A stretch of DNA of 64,000 nt. Source: Candidatus Planktophila sp. GTDB taxonomy: Bacteria > Actinomycetota > Actinomycetes > Nanopelagicales > Nanopelagicaceae. This document shows, piece by piece, positions 11,819 through 20,521 of this stretch. Both the position numbers and the translations under genes were made by a program. Numbering within the stretch: position 1 is the stretch's first letter; every line of letters begins with the position of its first letter. Under the pieces are notes generated by a model. That model searched no databases. It saw only the letters and a program-made list of their open reading frames with translations, and was not told the origin of the DNA. The DNA lies in NCBI GenBank assembly GCA_009694515.1, contig SHUV01000003.1:624-64623 (forward strand), in the 5' to 3' direction.

Positions 11819-12199
11819 ATGTCGTTAATTCCAGCAGAGTTGCAGTACACAAAAGAACACGAGTGGGTAGCACCTACCGAAACTGCGCTTCGCTATCGCA
11901 TGGGCATTACTGACTTCGCACAGGGAGCCCTAGGTGACATTGTCTATGTGCAGATGCCCAAGATTGGCGAGAAAGTCATGGCTGATGCTGTGTGCGGTGA
12001 AGTTGAATCAACGAAGAGCGTCTCGGAAATCTTCGCACCCGTCTCCGGAACCGTTGTTGCAATCAATCAGACTCTTAGCGCCACACCAGAGCTAATTAAC
12101 TCTGATCCTTACGGTTCTGGCTGGTTGGTAGAAATTGAAGTCGGGGTAGCCCCGGAAGGACTGCTCTCGGCCGCCCAATATGGAGTGATTACCGCATAA
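11819..12199 (+). CDS. gcvH: Glycine cleavage system H protein
   Basis: YTKEHEWV, GITDFAQGALGDIVYV, lipoyl-lysine motif EVESTKSVSE. Confidence 0.96.
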   Translation: MSLIPAELQYTKEHEWVAPTETALRYRMGITDFAQGALGDIVYVQMPKIGEKVMADAVCGEVESTKSVSEIFAPVSGTVVAINQTLSATPELINSDPYGSGWLVEIEVGVAPEGLLSAAQYGVITA

Positions 12200-12269
12200 A
12201 ACTCCGCTTGATTTCTCTGCCGCAACTCTCTAGTGTCACCCTTAAGTTGACATCGAAGGGGGTGAGTTC

Positions 12270-12725
12270 ATGGCAGAGGCAGATTCAAAGCCAGAGCTCA
12301 CAAGCACGCTCCATCTAGGACTTCGTCCACTGGTTGGGGATTCCTCTTCGGAACTGATTAAGGATTATCTAGCAACATCGTCGGTTGAAGAGCGTGCTGT
12401 TCTTGAATCGACTCTGGCTGGAGATGGCAATTCCGCAATGGTCCTGATTCACCGCGGTCCCGGACGAGGTGCCAGATTCCTGGTGACAGCACAGGGAGCA
12501 ACTATTGGTAGGTCACAAGAGAGTGCAATATTTCTTGATGACGTCACAGTTTCTAGAAAACACGCAGAGATAGCGAAATCAGATTCAGGCTTTATATTTA
12601 AAGATTCTGGAAGTCTCAATGGTTCATATATCAATAATGTGCCAACCACCGAGAAGCAGTTATCTGTGGGGGATGAGATTCAAGTCGGTAAGTTCCATCT
12701 TTTATTCATTACGGCACAGCAGTAA
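12270..12725 (+). CDS. garA: FHA domain protein GarA/OdhI
   Basis: IGRSQESAIFLDDVTVSRKHAE and DSGSLNGSY; gcvH-garA-MerR synteny. Confidence 0.85.
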   Translation: MAEADSKPELTSTLHLGLRPLVGDSSSELIKDYLATSSVEERAVLESTLAGDGNSAMVLIHRGPGRGARFLVTAQGATIGRSQESAIFLDDVTVSRKHAEIAKSDSGFIFKDSGSLNGSYINNVPTTEKQLSVGDEIQVGKFHLLFITAQQ

Positions 12726-12771
12726 ATTCAGAAAAAGACGACAGTTCAAGATCTACTAGGGGAGAAGTCAG

Positions 12772-13494
12772 TTGAGCGTTCCAGCACGGGCCTACTTAAG
12801 TATCGGTGAAGTACTCACTAAATTGCGCGGAGATTTCGCGGACATAACTATTTCAAAGATTCGATTTTTAGAGTCGGAAGGCCTGATCGAGCCGCAACGA
12901 ACACCCTCTGGATACCGTAAATTCACTACAACTGATCTAGAAAGACTGCGTTACGTCCTACTAGCCCAGCGTGATCAGTACCTGCCACTTAAAGTAATCA
13001 AGGAGAATCTCGACGCACTAGACCGTGGTCTGCAGCCAGCACCAGCTGGAGGAATCCCAGCTCCGCGTCCAACGCTCGGTCTTGCCACAGTAGATGGTGA
13101 ATTCGCTCCCGCAGCTTTTGGCGAACAATCCGAGATGCGTTTATCTCGCGAGGAGTTGCTGAAGGCATCGGCGCTAGATGATGCCCAGTTGGTGGAACTC
13201 GAGTCTTACGGACTTATTCAAATCCGCGGTCGTCACTATGATGGAGATGCGCTCTCTGTTGCTCGCGCTGTCGCTGAGATGGCTGGCTTTGGAATTGAAC
13301 CCCGCCACCTTCGCTCCTTTAAATCAGCTGCCGATCGCGAAATTGGATTAATTGAACAGGTGATCACTCCCTTTACTAGGCAAAAGAGCACGGAAGCGAA
13401 AGCTCGCGCCGAAGAAGTTCAGAAAGAGATCGCATCCCTATCTGTTCGACTCCATGCCGCCTTGGTACGTGGCGGCTTAAATCGTCCGCGTTAA
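12772..13494 (+). CDS. ftsR: MerR-family regulator FtsR (Rv1828-like)
   Basis: LSIGEVL...ITISKIRFLESEGLIEPQRTPSGYRKF and YLPLKVIKE; position after garA. Confidence 0.85.
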   Translation: MSVPARAYLSIGEVLTKLRGDFADITISKIRFLESEGLIEPQRTPSGYRKFTTTDLERLRYVLLAQRDQYLPLKVIKENLDALDRGLQPAPAGGIPAPRPTLGLATVDGEFAPAAFGEQSEMRLSREELLKASALDDAQLVELESYGLIQIRGRHYDGDALSVARAVAEMAGFGIEPRHLRSFKSAADREIGLIEQVITPFTRQKSTEAKARAEEVQKEIASLSVRLHAALVRGGLNRPR

Positions 13495-13514
13495 TCGCAT
13501 AAGAAATTTCTTCG

Positions 13515-14018
13515 ATGTTTATTCCGGTTGAGGTCGTTGGGGTGCGGATTGAGATGCCCTCGAATCAACCCATCGTTTTACTTAAAGAGATTGAAGGATC
13601 TAGATTCCTTCCCATCTGGGTGGGAGCCGTGGAAGCAACTTCAATTGCCTTTGCCCAACAAGGGTTGGCAGCGCCTCGTCCGCTCACACATGACCTGATT
13701 CGAGATGTATTAGAACGAGTAGACATCACCCTGGCATCTGTCCACATTACCGCCATCGTTGATGGGGTCTTCTTTGCAGAGTTAAACTTAAGAAATGATC
13801 AGGGTGTGCTACCGGCACTTTCTGCCCGGCCATCAGATGCGATTGCAATTGCGCTACGTACTAAGTCAAACATCTTGGTTGATAATGATTTGTTCGATCA
13901 GGTGGGGATTGATATTCCAGAGCAGGTCGCCTCGGAGGTTTCGGCTGCGGGGGACCAGGAGCTTGAAGCATTCCGGGAATTCCTAGAACAGATAAACCCG
14001 GAGGACTTTGCCGGGTAG
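13515..14018 (+). CDS. Bifunctional nuclease family protein (DUF151, Rv1829-like)
   Basis: LPIWVGAVEATSIA, RPLTHDL, ARPSDAIAIALR. Confidence 0.92.
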   Translation: MFIPVEVVGVRIEMPSNQPIVLLKEIEGSRFLPIWVGAVEATSIAFAQQGLAAPRPLTHDLIRDVLERVDITLASVHITAIVDGVFFAELNLRNDQGVLPALSARPSDAIAIALRTKSNILVDNDLFDQVGIDIPEQVASEVSAAGDQELEAFREFLEQINPEDFAG

Positions 14019-14027
14019 GTAAAAAGT

Positions 14028-14047
14028 CTCAACCTCAAGTAGAGGTT
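14028..14047. promoter_or_regulatory. Palindromic MerR/FtsR-type operator candidate
   Basis: CTC-AACCTC-AAGTA-GAGGTT inverted repeat in the spacer upstream of the second MerR gene. Confidence 0.55.
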
Positions 14048-14128
14048 TGTTTCGTGTCGGTACTGCCTTTCTACCATCTACACGCGTACCCTTGAGGCTA
14101 CCAACTATAGGAAAGCGAGCCCCTTCTC

Positions 14129-14629
14129 GTGACTGAGCAAGAATTTGAAATCGGTTATCGCGGTGCGACAGCTTGTTCTGCTGCTGGAATTTCTTACCGT
14201 CAATTAGATTATTGGGCACGCACTGATCTGGTTGAGCCATCTATTCGCACAGCTACAGGTTCAGGTAGCGCTCGGCTCTATGGTTTCCGAGACATCTTGG
14301 TATTAAAGATTGTTAAACGTTTACTTGATGCCGGTGTTTCACTGCAGAATATTCGCACGGCAGTAAATCACCTGCGCGATCGCGGTGTGACAGATTTAGA
14401 ACGAATCACTTTGATGAGTGATGGAGCTTCTATCTATGAGTGTGCCAGCCCTGATGAAATTATCGATCTCCTTGCTGGTGGCCAAGGAGTTTTTGGAATC
14501 GCTGTGGGCAAGGTTTGGTCTGAGGTTGAGGGTTCTCTTGCCACCCTTGCGGGTGAAGTAAACGGTGAGACTAGCGTTTCTCAAAATAGTGATGAACTCT
14601 CACTGCGTCGAAAGGCGAAAGGCGCCTAA
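14129..14629 (+). CDS. MerR-family regulator (Rv1830/McdR-like)
   Basis: GYRGATACSAAGISYRQLDYWARTDLVEPS and LLDAGVSLQNIR. Confidence 0.9.
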   Translation: MTEQEFEIGYRGATACSAAGISYRQLDYWARTDLVEPSIRTATGSGSARLYGFRDILVLKIVKRLLDAGVSLQNIRTAVNHLRDRGVTDLERITLMSDGASIYECASPDEIIDLLAGGQGVFGIAVGKVWSEVEGSLATLAGEVNGETSVSQNSDELSLRRKAKGA

Positions 14630-14683
14630 TACTCATATATTTCGTTCATCTAATTTAAGGCGCTAGGGCCATAGATGAGTTGA

Positions 14684-17542
14684 ATGGGTGGTCACGTGGG
14701 CGGCAGTAAAGGTTTTCAAGATCGTCATATTGGCCCCTCTGGTGCGCAAGAAGAGGAGATGCTCTCTGTCCTTGGATACTCAAATCTGAAGGATTTTATC
14801 GCCGATGTAGTTCCAGAAAATATCGTCATAGAAAAGAAACTCGCGGAAGTCCTGGATAGCGCGAAGAGTGAAGTCGAAGTCATTGATGAGTTGCGTGCGT
14901 TAGCCTCAGAGAACCAGATTTTCACTTCACTGATCGGTACTGGGTACTACGGCACCATTACGCCACCGGTTATCAAACGAAATGTTTTAGAAAATCCCGC
15001 TTGGTATACCGCTTACACGCCATATCAACCTGAAATTTCGCAAGGTCGCCTGGAAGCACTCTTTGCATTTCAAACTGTAATCACCGATATGACCGGTCTT
15101 GCCATCTCAAACGCATCAATGCTCGATGAATCAACAGCAGCAGCCGAGGCTATGACTTTGGCTAGGCGAACCTCAAAAACAAGCGACGAAGCTGTATTTC
15201 TGATTGATCACAATGTCCATCCTCAAACAAAAGCGGTAGTAATTACACGGGCGAAACCACTTGGCATCACGGTGTTAGAAGTTGATGCACTTGCCGTAGA
15301 TGCTTCACTCAATTTCTTTGGAGTTTTGGTGCAGTATCCGGATACCACCGGTGCGATAAATGATTTCAGTGATTTGGCAACGCTGGCACATTCAAAAGAT
15401 GCGCTAGTCACTGCTGCGACTGATCTTCTTGCACTAACCCTGATTACTGCTCCAGGGGAGTGGGGCGCCGATATTGCAGTGGGCTCAGCCCAACGCTTCG
15501 GAGTTCCGATGGGATTCGGTGGACCGCACGCAGGATTTATGGCGGTGCGTGCTGGACTTGAACGCGCACTACCTGGGCGCCTGATTGGCCAAAGTGTTGA
15601 TGCCCATGGAAATCCAGCATTTCGTTTAGCGCTTCAAACACGCGAGCAGCACATTAGACGCGATAAGGCAACAAGTAATATTTGTACTGCGCAGGTATTG
15701 CTTGCAAATATGAGTGCGTTATATTCAATGTGGCATGGACCAAAAGGTTTGATTGAAATTGCCGAACGGGTTCACGGGTACACCGCAGCTTTGGCTACTG
15801 TCGTGGAGAGCGTCAATAAGAGTTACTTCGACACTTTAACTATCAAAGTTGATGATGCTGCAGCAATCCACAGAAAATCGGCTGGATTGCGAATTAATCT
15901 CGGAGTAGTTGATGCCAAGCATGTCCGCATCTCCTTAGATGAAACTGTCACCGCAAGTAAGTTTGCTGAGATTGTTAGTATCTTTGGAGCAAAGGTTGTC
16001 TCAGCCCAGGGGAGTGGTATTTCACCGGCCGTTAAGAGAAGCTCTACCTTCTTACAACACCCGGTCTTTAACACCTACCATTCAGAAACTTCGATGATGC
16101 GCTACCTGCGCACTCTTGCAGATCGCGATCTAGCACTCGATAGAACAATGATTCCGTTGGGCTCTTGCACGATGAAACTCAATTCCGTCACTGAAATGGA
16201 AGCTGTCACCTGGCCGGAGTTCGCATCTCTGCATCCATTTGCACCGGTGGAACAGAGCCAGGGCTCACGAAAATTGATTGCCCAGCTCTCTAAGTGGCTT
16301 GTTGAAATAACAGGGTATGACGCGGTCTCCTTGCAACCCAATGCCGGAAGCCAGGGAGAGTTCGCTGGACTGCTTGCAATACGCAACTATCACGACTCTC
16401 GTTCTGAACAAGAGCGCGATATCTGTCTGATTCCATCTAGTGCTCATGGCACCAATGCAGCCAGTGCGGTGATGGCTGGAATGAAGGTGGTAGTGATCTC
16501 CTGTGATGAAGCAGGAAATGTGAGCCTTGATGATTTGAAGTCAAAGATTGCCGAACATGCAGGGAAGTTAGCAGCGTTGATGGTTACCTATCCTTCTACC
16601 CACGGAGTTTTCGAATCTGCTATCTCTGAGATTTGCGCACTTGTGCACGATGCAGGTGGTCAGGTTTATGTTGATGGCGCCAACCTGAATGCACTCGTTG
16701 GTCTAGCTCAACCTGGAAAATTCGGTGCCGATGTATCGCACTTGAACTTGCACAAGACTTTCTGCATCCCACACGGTGGTGGGGGACCGGGAGTCGGTCC
16801 AGTTATAGCTCGTGCACATTTAGCACCGTTTTTGCCTAACCATCCACTTGATGCAACTGCCGGGCCTACAACAGGTCCAGGGCCTATCTCTGGCGCTCCA
16901 TTTGGTTCTGCCAGCATCCTGCCGATCTCATGGGCTTATATCCGCCTTATGGGGGGAGCAGGACTGACTCACGCAACAGAGGTTGCAATCCTTAGCGCAA
17001 ACTACATGGCAGCGCGTTTAAAGAGCTCCTATCCCATCTTGTATACCGGTGATAAAGGTTTGATTGCCCACGAATGTATTCTCGATGTAAGGGAGATAAC
17101 CAAGATCAGTGGTGTCACCGTCGATGACATCGCAAAGCGCCTGATGGACTTTGGTTTCCATGCTCCTACGATGTCATTTCCAGTTCCTGGAACTCTCATG
17201 ATTGAACCAACAGAGTCAGAAGATATTCTTGAGATGAATCGCTTTATTGATGCGATGATTGCAATCAAATATGAAATCGATGAGATCATCGAAGGCAAGG
17301 TTGCGGTAGAAGATTCCGCTCTGCGCCATGCACCTCATACTGTGGGGGCGGTGGCATCAAATGAGTGGGATCGCAGTTACAGCCGCGAACGTGGAGCTTT
17401 CCCAGCTACATTCACTGGTCTTATTCCAGGCGAACTAATCGGCATGAAGGGTAAGTATTGGCCGACTACAGGACGCATTGATGGGGCATACGGGGATAGG
17501 AACCTAGTTTGTTCTTGCCCACCAATAGAGTCCTTCGCGTAG
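14684..17542 (+). CDS. gcvP: Glycine dehydrogenase (decarboxylating), P protein
   Basis: [31 protein letters not shown] motif [18 protein letters not shown]. Confidence 0.98.
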   Translation: MGGHVGGSKGFQDRHIGPSGAQEEEMLSVLGYSNLKDFIADVVPENIVIEKKLAEVLDSAKSEVEVIDELRALASENQIFTSLIGTGYYGTITPPVIKRNVLENPAWYTAYTPYQPEISQGRLEALFAFQTVITDMTGLAISNASMLDESTAAAEAMTLARRTSKTSDEAVFLIDHNVHPQTKAVVITRAKPLGITVLEVDALAVDASLNFFGVLVQYPDTTGAINDFSDLATLAHSKDALVTAATDLLALTLITAPGEWGADIAVGSAQRFGVPMGFGGPHAGFMAVRAGLERALPGRLIGQSVDAHGNPAFRLALQTREQHIRRDKATSNICTAQVLLANMSALYSMWHGPKGLIEIAERVHGYTAALATVVESVNKSYFDTLTIKVDDAAAIHRKSAGLRINLGVVDAKHVRISLDETVTASKFAEIVSIFGAKVVSAQGSGISPAVKRSSTFLQHPVFNTYHSETSMMRYLRTLADRDLALDRTMIPLGSCTMKLNSVTEMEAVTWPEFASLHPFAPVEQSQGSRKLIAQLSKWLVEITGYDAVSLQPNAGSQGEFAGLLAIRNYHDSRSEQERDICLIPSSAHGTNAASAVMAGMKVVVISCDEAGNVSLDDLKSKIAEHAGKLAALMVTYPSTHGVFESAISEICALVHDAGGQVYVDGANLNALVGLAQPGKFGADVSHLNLHKTFCIPHGGGGPGVGPVIARAHLAPFLPNHPLDATAGPTTGPGPISGAPFGSASILPISWAYIRLMGGAGLTHATEVAILSANYMAARLKSSYPILYTGDKGLIAHECILDVREITKISGVTVDDIAKRLMDFGFHAPTMSFPVPGTLMIEPTESEDILEMNRFIDAMIAIKYEIDEIIEGKVAVEDSALRHAPHTVGAVASNEWDRSYSRERGAFPATFTGLIPGELIGMKGKYWPTTGRIDGAYGDRNLVCSCPPIESFA

Positions 17543-17553
17543 TTCAATCTCAT

Positions 17554-18312
17554 TTACTTTACATAATGTAACTTATCGGCGTTAGGTCTAAGCCTGCGAG
17601 ATAGACCCCAGAGCGTGGTCTGCCAGAGAGCTTCCACGACGATCGCCTTACTCATCTTGGAAACTCCATTAATTCGCTCCACAAAGGTGATGGGAACTTC
17701 AATCTTGATTGCTCCAGCTAGATCACTGGCCATCGCCATTTCAATTTGAAAACAATATCCGGTTGCCGTCATGTCAGTGAGATTTAATGAGCGAAGTAGC
17801 GATGTACTGTAAATGCGAAATCCGCCGGTGAGATCGCGCAGCGGAATACGCAATATTGCCTGTGCATAGGCAGTACCTGCGCGAGAGAGTAATTGTCGAC
17901 TCCGAGGCCAGTTCACAACTGAACCCCCTGGCATCCAACGAGTTCCAAGGACAATAGATTTCATCTCAATTGCCACTGACGCTGCAGCTGCAAACATGGC
18001 CGGTAGATCTACTACACGATGTGAACCATCTGCATCCATAGTAACTACATGGGTGTATTTCTCGTCCTTTAATACTGCAGCAAAGCCCGCACGATATGCA
18101 GCTCCCAGACCAGCTTTGGCGGGCCTTCGGATAACACTTACCCATGAATATCCCAGATTCTGGGCAATATCTGCAGTTTTATCTGGTGAATTATCATCTA
18201 AGACAACCACATCGAATTGATAACGATTTTGAATAGTGGCAAGTGAATTGAGTAACTCCACTATTGAAACAAATTCGTTGTAGGTGGGAATCAAAATAAC
18301 ACAACGACTCAT
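17554..18312 (-). CDS. ppm1: Polyprenol monophosphomannose synthase (GT2)
   Basis: LIPTYNE, DDNSPDKT, MDADGSH, DLTGGFR, EVPITFVER; adjacent to lnt. Confidence 0.9.
   Translation of the reverse strand: MSRCVILIPTYNEFVSIVELLNSLATIQNRYQFDVVVLDDNSPDKTADIAQNLGYSWVSVIRRPAKAGLGAAYRAGFAAVLKDEKYTHVVTMDADGSHRVVDLPAMFAAAASVAIEMKSIVLGTRWMPGGSVVNWPRSRQLLSRAGTAYAQAILRIPLRDLTGGFRIYSTSLLRSLNLTDMTATGYCFQIEMAMASDLAGAIKIEVPITFVERINGVSKMSKAIVVEALWQTTLWGLSRRLRPNADKLHYVK
17556..17583 (-). other. dif: dif site (XerCD chromosome dimer resolution site)
   Basis: Minus strand AACGCCGATAA-GTTACA-TTATGTAAAGT has 11-6-11 architecture. The XerD arm resembles E. coli TTATGTTAAAT and the XerC arm has the actinobacterial CCGATAA. 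Gene orientation flips here. Confidence 0.9.
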
Positions 18313-19625
18313 GAGAGAATTCGATTGATGAGGGTGCGATAATTATTGAGCACCAAAATACCTGCCAAAGACTCCTGAGTATTCTCCCCTGTTTGGCTTA
18401 ACACTCGCCCATTATTATCTATAAAGGCTGAGATTCCGACCGTGGAAACACTCAAAATAGGCCTGGAATGTTCAACTGCTCGTATGCGAGTGATGGCCAA
18501 TTGTTGCGCACTTTCTGCAGTACCCGCAAAGGTTGCACTATTCGTCTGCACAATAAGCGCCTGGGTGTTCGTAGCCATATCCCGCACTAGATCATCGAGT
18601 ATTATTTCATAACAAATGATTGGACCAAGTTCAACCCCCGCCACCGTATGAGTTACTCGCTTAGTTCCCGGTATGAAATCATTGACTTTTTTGGCCAGCG
18701 GACTGACCAATTTAGCTAATCCTCGCAGCGGTATATATTCCCCAAAAGGTGTCAGCCCCCGCTTGATATATACACTTTCTCTTATTCCATCTTCGCCGAA
18801 CAAGATGGAGGCATTCTGTGGTCCATTGGCAGCTCTTTGTACAACTCCAGCAATAATGGGCGTACTCAAATCACGCGTGAGGGTAGCTATATCAGCTTGA
18901 ACTTCGGGAAATAGCCGCGGATCTATGTCGATAGCATTTTCTGGCCAAATGATTGCATCGTACCGGTCTGTAGTTACTCGTCTTGTTACATCTCGATGTA
19001 GATCAAAGACCGCTTTTGCTCTGGAGTTAAATCCGAGGCCTACTTCAGGTGTGTTTCCTTGGATAGCGATGAGGTTTACTTCACCACTCCCCTGTGGATT
19101 TGCAGGAAGTAGGATCGCAATTATGAATAAGGAGAGAATTGCTGCGAGATTTTTACCGCGTAAGCGCACCAGAAGAAGAGCTATTGCCAGTGTGAATGCT
19201 GAAAGTGCGATGACTCCCCCGAGGGCAACTATGGGTAGCGCCGGTGAGTCGACCTGACTAAATGCGATACGGGTCCAACCGAAACCGCCGAAGGGAAAGC
19301 GTGCTCGAAACTCTTCCATGGCAAGCAAGGTAAGGGCGCTCCACAGCAACTGGTGAGTGCGTCGAAATATCCAACCGACGGGGAGGTAAAAAAGCGCTTG
19401 CAACCCTGAGAGCAATAACCACGGCATTGGGCCGACGTACTTTCCACTCCAGTAAAGAACTATTGCGTTGAGGATGAAACCGAAAGCCAGACTATGAATT
19501 ATTGGATAAGAGCTACTTCGCAACTTTTGCAGATATAGCGTTAGCCCAATAATCGCCAAATACCAGATTCCGATCGGTTCGAAGGCGGCACTGACGAGAA
19601 AAGCGGCGAGGGCTATCTTTACCAT
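18309..19625 (-). CDS. lnt: Apolipoprotein N-acyltransferase
   Basis: FPFGGFGW, IQGN, IIWPENA, KRGLTPFGEYIP, ICYE (E-K-C triad). Confidence 0.93.
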   Translation of the reverse strand: MVKIALAAFLVSAAFEPIGIWYLAIIGLTLYLQKLRSSSYPIIHSLAFGFILNAIVLYWSGKYVGPMPWLLLSGLQALFYLPVGWIFRRTHQLLWSALTLLAMEEFRARFPFGGFGWTRIAFSQVDSPALPIVALGGVIALSAFTLAIALLLVRLRGKNLAAILSLFIIAILLPANPQGSGEVNLIAIQGNTPEVGLGFNSRAKAVFDLHRDVTRRVTTDRYDAIIWPENAIDIDPRLFPEVQADIATLTRDLSTPIIAGVVQRAANGPQNASILFGEDGIRESVYIKRGLTPFGEYIPLRGLAKLVSPLAKKVNDFIPGTKRVTHTVAGVELGPIICYEIILDDLVRDMATNTQALIVQTNSATFAGTAESAQQLAITRIRAVEHSRPILSVSTVGISAFIDNNGRVLSQTGENTQESLAGILVLNNYRTLINRILS

Positions 19626-20521
19626 CGCAGTGCCGATATCAATCGATCGACGCTAGCCCCTAACCCGTACTCCTCTTTGATGGCATAGATTGCAGATAAG
19701 TCTTCGGGCTTAGTGGGAGTATCAATTTTCATGGAAGGAATGGCCACATCTCGCGCACAGTTGACCAGCGTTGGTGCAATCTTCAAATAGTCAGTTCCAT
19801 CAATAATCTTCTTGGCCAGTGACGCACTCAGCGCTTCATGTCCAGCCTTAGCACCAGCGAGTGCATCTTCTACCGAAGCGAAATTGTTGGCAATCAGGGC
19901 TGCGCCTTTCTCACCTATCCCCTTCACACCGGGAAGGCCATCAGATGGATCTCCTCTAAACATGGCAAAGAGGGCATACCTATCCCCTGGTATTGCGTAC
20001 TTGTTTGCTACCCAAGAAATGTCAACTAAGTCATGTTGCGAGAGTCCTTTAGCCAGATACACAACTTTTACATCTCGTTTGTCATCAACGAGCTGAAAGA
20101 GATCCCTATCTCCCGTAACGATACGAATAGGCCCCTTCTCTCTCACGGCAAAGGTGGCCATAACATCATCGGCCTCATAGTCATCAACTCCCACCATCGG
20201 AATTCCAAAAGCATCTAGTAGATCAAGCAATACTGGAATCTGTGGAGTGAGAGTTTCTGGCTCTTCTTCCACTTCGCTATCGTCTTCAAGACGGTTAGCT
20301 TTATATGCTGGAAATAAATCTACTCTCCATGATGGGCGCCAGTCCCCCTCTATGCAAGCAACTAGTCGGTTGGGTGAATACATTACGATTAAGCGAGCGG
20401 TCATATCAAGATATCCACGAATAGCATTGACAGGCATTCCGGTTGGAGACAAAAGTGTGTCCGGCATTCCATAGTAGGCGCGATACCAAAGTGAGGCGCT
20501 ATCTAAAAGCATGAGCGTCAT
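19619..20521 (-). CDS. Stand-alone 5'-3' exonuclease / flap endonuclease (Rv2090-like)
   Basis: LLDSASLWYRAYY, YEADDVMAT, VTGDRDLFQL, GDPSDGLPGVKGIGEK. Confidence 0.92.
   Translation of the reverse strand: MTLMLLDSASLWYRAYYGMPDTLLSPTGMPVNAIRGYLDMTARLIVMYSPNRLVACIEGDWRPSWRVDLFPAYKANRLEDDSEVEEEPETLTPQIPVLLDLLDAFGIPMVGVDDYEADDVMATFAVREKGPIRIVTGDRDLFQLVDDKRDVKVVYLAKGLSQHDLVDISWVANKYAIPGDRYALFAMFRGDPSDGLPGVKGIGEKGAALIANNFASVEDALAGAKAGHEALSASLAKKIIDGTDYLKIAPTLVNCARDVAIPSMKIDTPTKPEDLSAIYAIKEEYGLGASVDRLISALRW

Noticed and set aside
14055-14077. PafBC promoter motif upstream of the Rv1830-like gene (TGTCGG...TACCAT)
   Set aside because: Spacing is 11 nt rather than the 10 nt of the described motif; too weak to call.
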